Positions 62,813-64,000 of a stretch of DNA of 64,000 nt are shown piece after piece. This DNA is from Fimicolochytrium jonesii (lineage: Eukaryota), in assembly GCF_025526975.1 (NCBI RefSeq), contig NW_026515675.1, positions 248,001 to 312,000 of the forward strand, given 5' to 3'. The notes under the pieces are model-generated. The model was not told the DNA's origin. It was given only the letters and a program-made list of their open reading frames with translations, and made no database searches. Position 1 is the stretch's first letter. Each line of letters opens with the position of its first letter. A program made the position numbers and the translations under genes.

Positions 62813-63268
62813 GAGAAGGTGATAAGCCGCAAGTCCAGCAGACGGGGTTAGGATGGACGACGCTTGAAGAGACAGAAGGGTAGGGCACGCGGCTCCTGCT
62901 ATGTCGAATGGTAACTGGTTACCGTAGGAGCCACCGGGAGCTACGGGGACTTCCTGAGACCTCCTGTCCGTGCTGTGGCGGATGGGCGTTGGCCTGCAAA
63001 CGATGCTGCCGGGGTGACCAAACCGCCTCGGCTGCCTCAACGCGTCTGTTGCTTTCTGGACGGGCTCGCAAGGCTCGCACGGGTGACGTCCCTGGGAAAA
63101 AATACAGTAGAGGGGCAAAACGACCTTGACGCCTGAGGCCTCTTCTGGAGATTACCACAAACACAGGGTCCCCGACCTCTCTTTACAGTACCTTGCAGCA
63201 TTTGCTTCGCTGTGGCGAACTCAACGTCTGCCTCTGTCGCCCGACTGAACCCGACGCATCTTCGCAAG

Positions 63269-64000
63269 ATGGCACACGCCAAGAGCATAGTCAACCTCCC
63301 CACCGAGCTCCAACTGGCAAGGGAATGTGCCTTGCTGGGGAACTATGATACGGCGCTTCTCTACTTTGAGAGTATCCTCCAGAACATTCACCTGTATGTC
63401 AGTTGTTGTATGTTGCACAAAATGTCGACAAGTCACTGTTCCGCAAGAACTGCCCAACTCAATAGTCTGTGGGAACTATAGATACGCGAAAAACATAGCC
63501 GACCCAGTACTCCGAGACAGGTGGATCACAACACGGCAAGAGCTCAGCGTAGAGTTTCAGCTCGTCAAGGATATAGGCTTGGAGTTGGCGAGCTTCAAGG
63601 TGTGCTTTTGCATATGGGTTGCAACAGTCCATAACGGCAGACCGTCTGACGTTCTCATAGGAGCGATCACATAGCGGGATCTTTTCGCGGAGCAGAGGTG
63701 CTTTGGATGATGATTCGGGATACAGTGCGCCTGTCGATAAGGATGTGTGGCCGGCCCCAGATCCATTACCGAGGAGATCCGTGCCGCGAAAGTCTCGGAC
63801 AAATGGTGCGTGCCTGAACTCATAGATCGATGGAGAGGGGAGAAGGATGACACCCATTTTCACCATTGAGAGCAGATGACGACACGTTACCATCCTGGGC
63901 AAAGAAGGATGTGAATACCAGCATTTCCGCAGCTCGGGGCGGTGGACAGCGAGGGAAAGCGGCCATCTCGAAAACGGTCGTACCAAAAGGTCGGGCGCCC
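63269..64000 (+). CDS. KATNA1: Katanin p60 ATPase subunit, 5' part (runs off the window)
   Basis: MIT domain LARECALLGNYDTALLYF...W...RQELSVEFQLVKDI..ELASFK across introns, then the DKDVWPAP motif. Confidence 0.88.

Overview
Intron-rich, GC-rich eukaryotic DNA with short GT-AG introns and compact head-to-head gene pairs. It is most consistent with a zoosporic (chytrid-type) fungus: fungal housekeeping genes sit alongside MICU1 and cilium-associated genes (a giant Hydin-like ASH-repeat protein, ZC2HC1, katanin p60). Recognisable genes: MICU1, SNF2 ATPase, DRE2, Elongin C (absent from the ORF track), ATP10, eIF3m, mitochondrial PheRS, CSR1-like CRAL-TRIO, DUF4449-like protein, SET-domain protein, VDAC and tRNA-Thr(AGT). 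The top candidate for a new system is a spliced gene (45221-47882) for a single-pass receptor: signal peptide, bacterial-type sugar solute-binding domain, TM helix, SH3 and SHOCT-like tail. It is followed in tandem by a TM-SH3, PxxP-rich adaptor-like gene. Also seen: a 191-bp Tc1/mariner-type MITE, a dispersed GC-hairpin element family, a repeated ACGCGTGCTTAGTCAGC motif in a 4.6-kb convergent intergenic region, and a CpG-depleted tract behind a possibly CGA->TGA-truncated SET gene. All calls come from reading motifs by eye; no searches were run.
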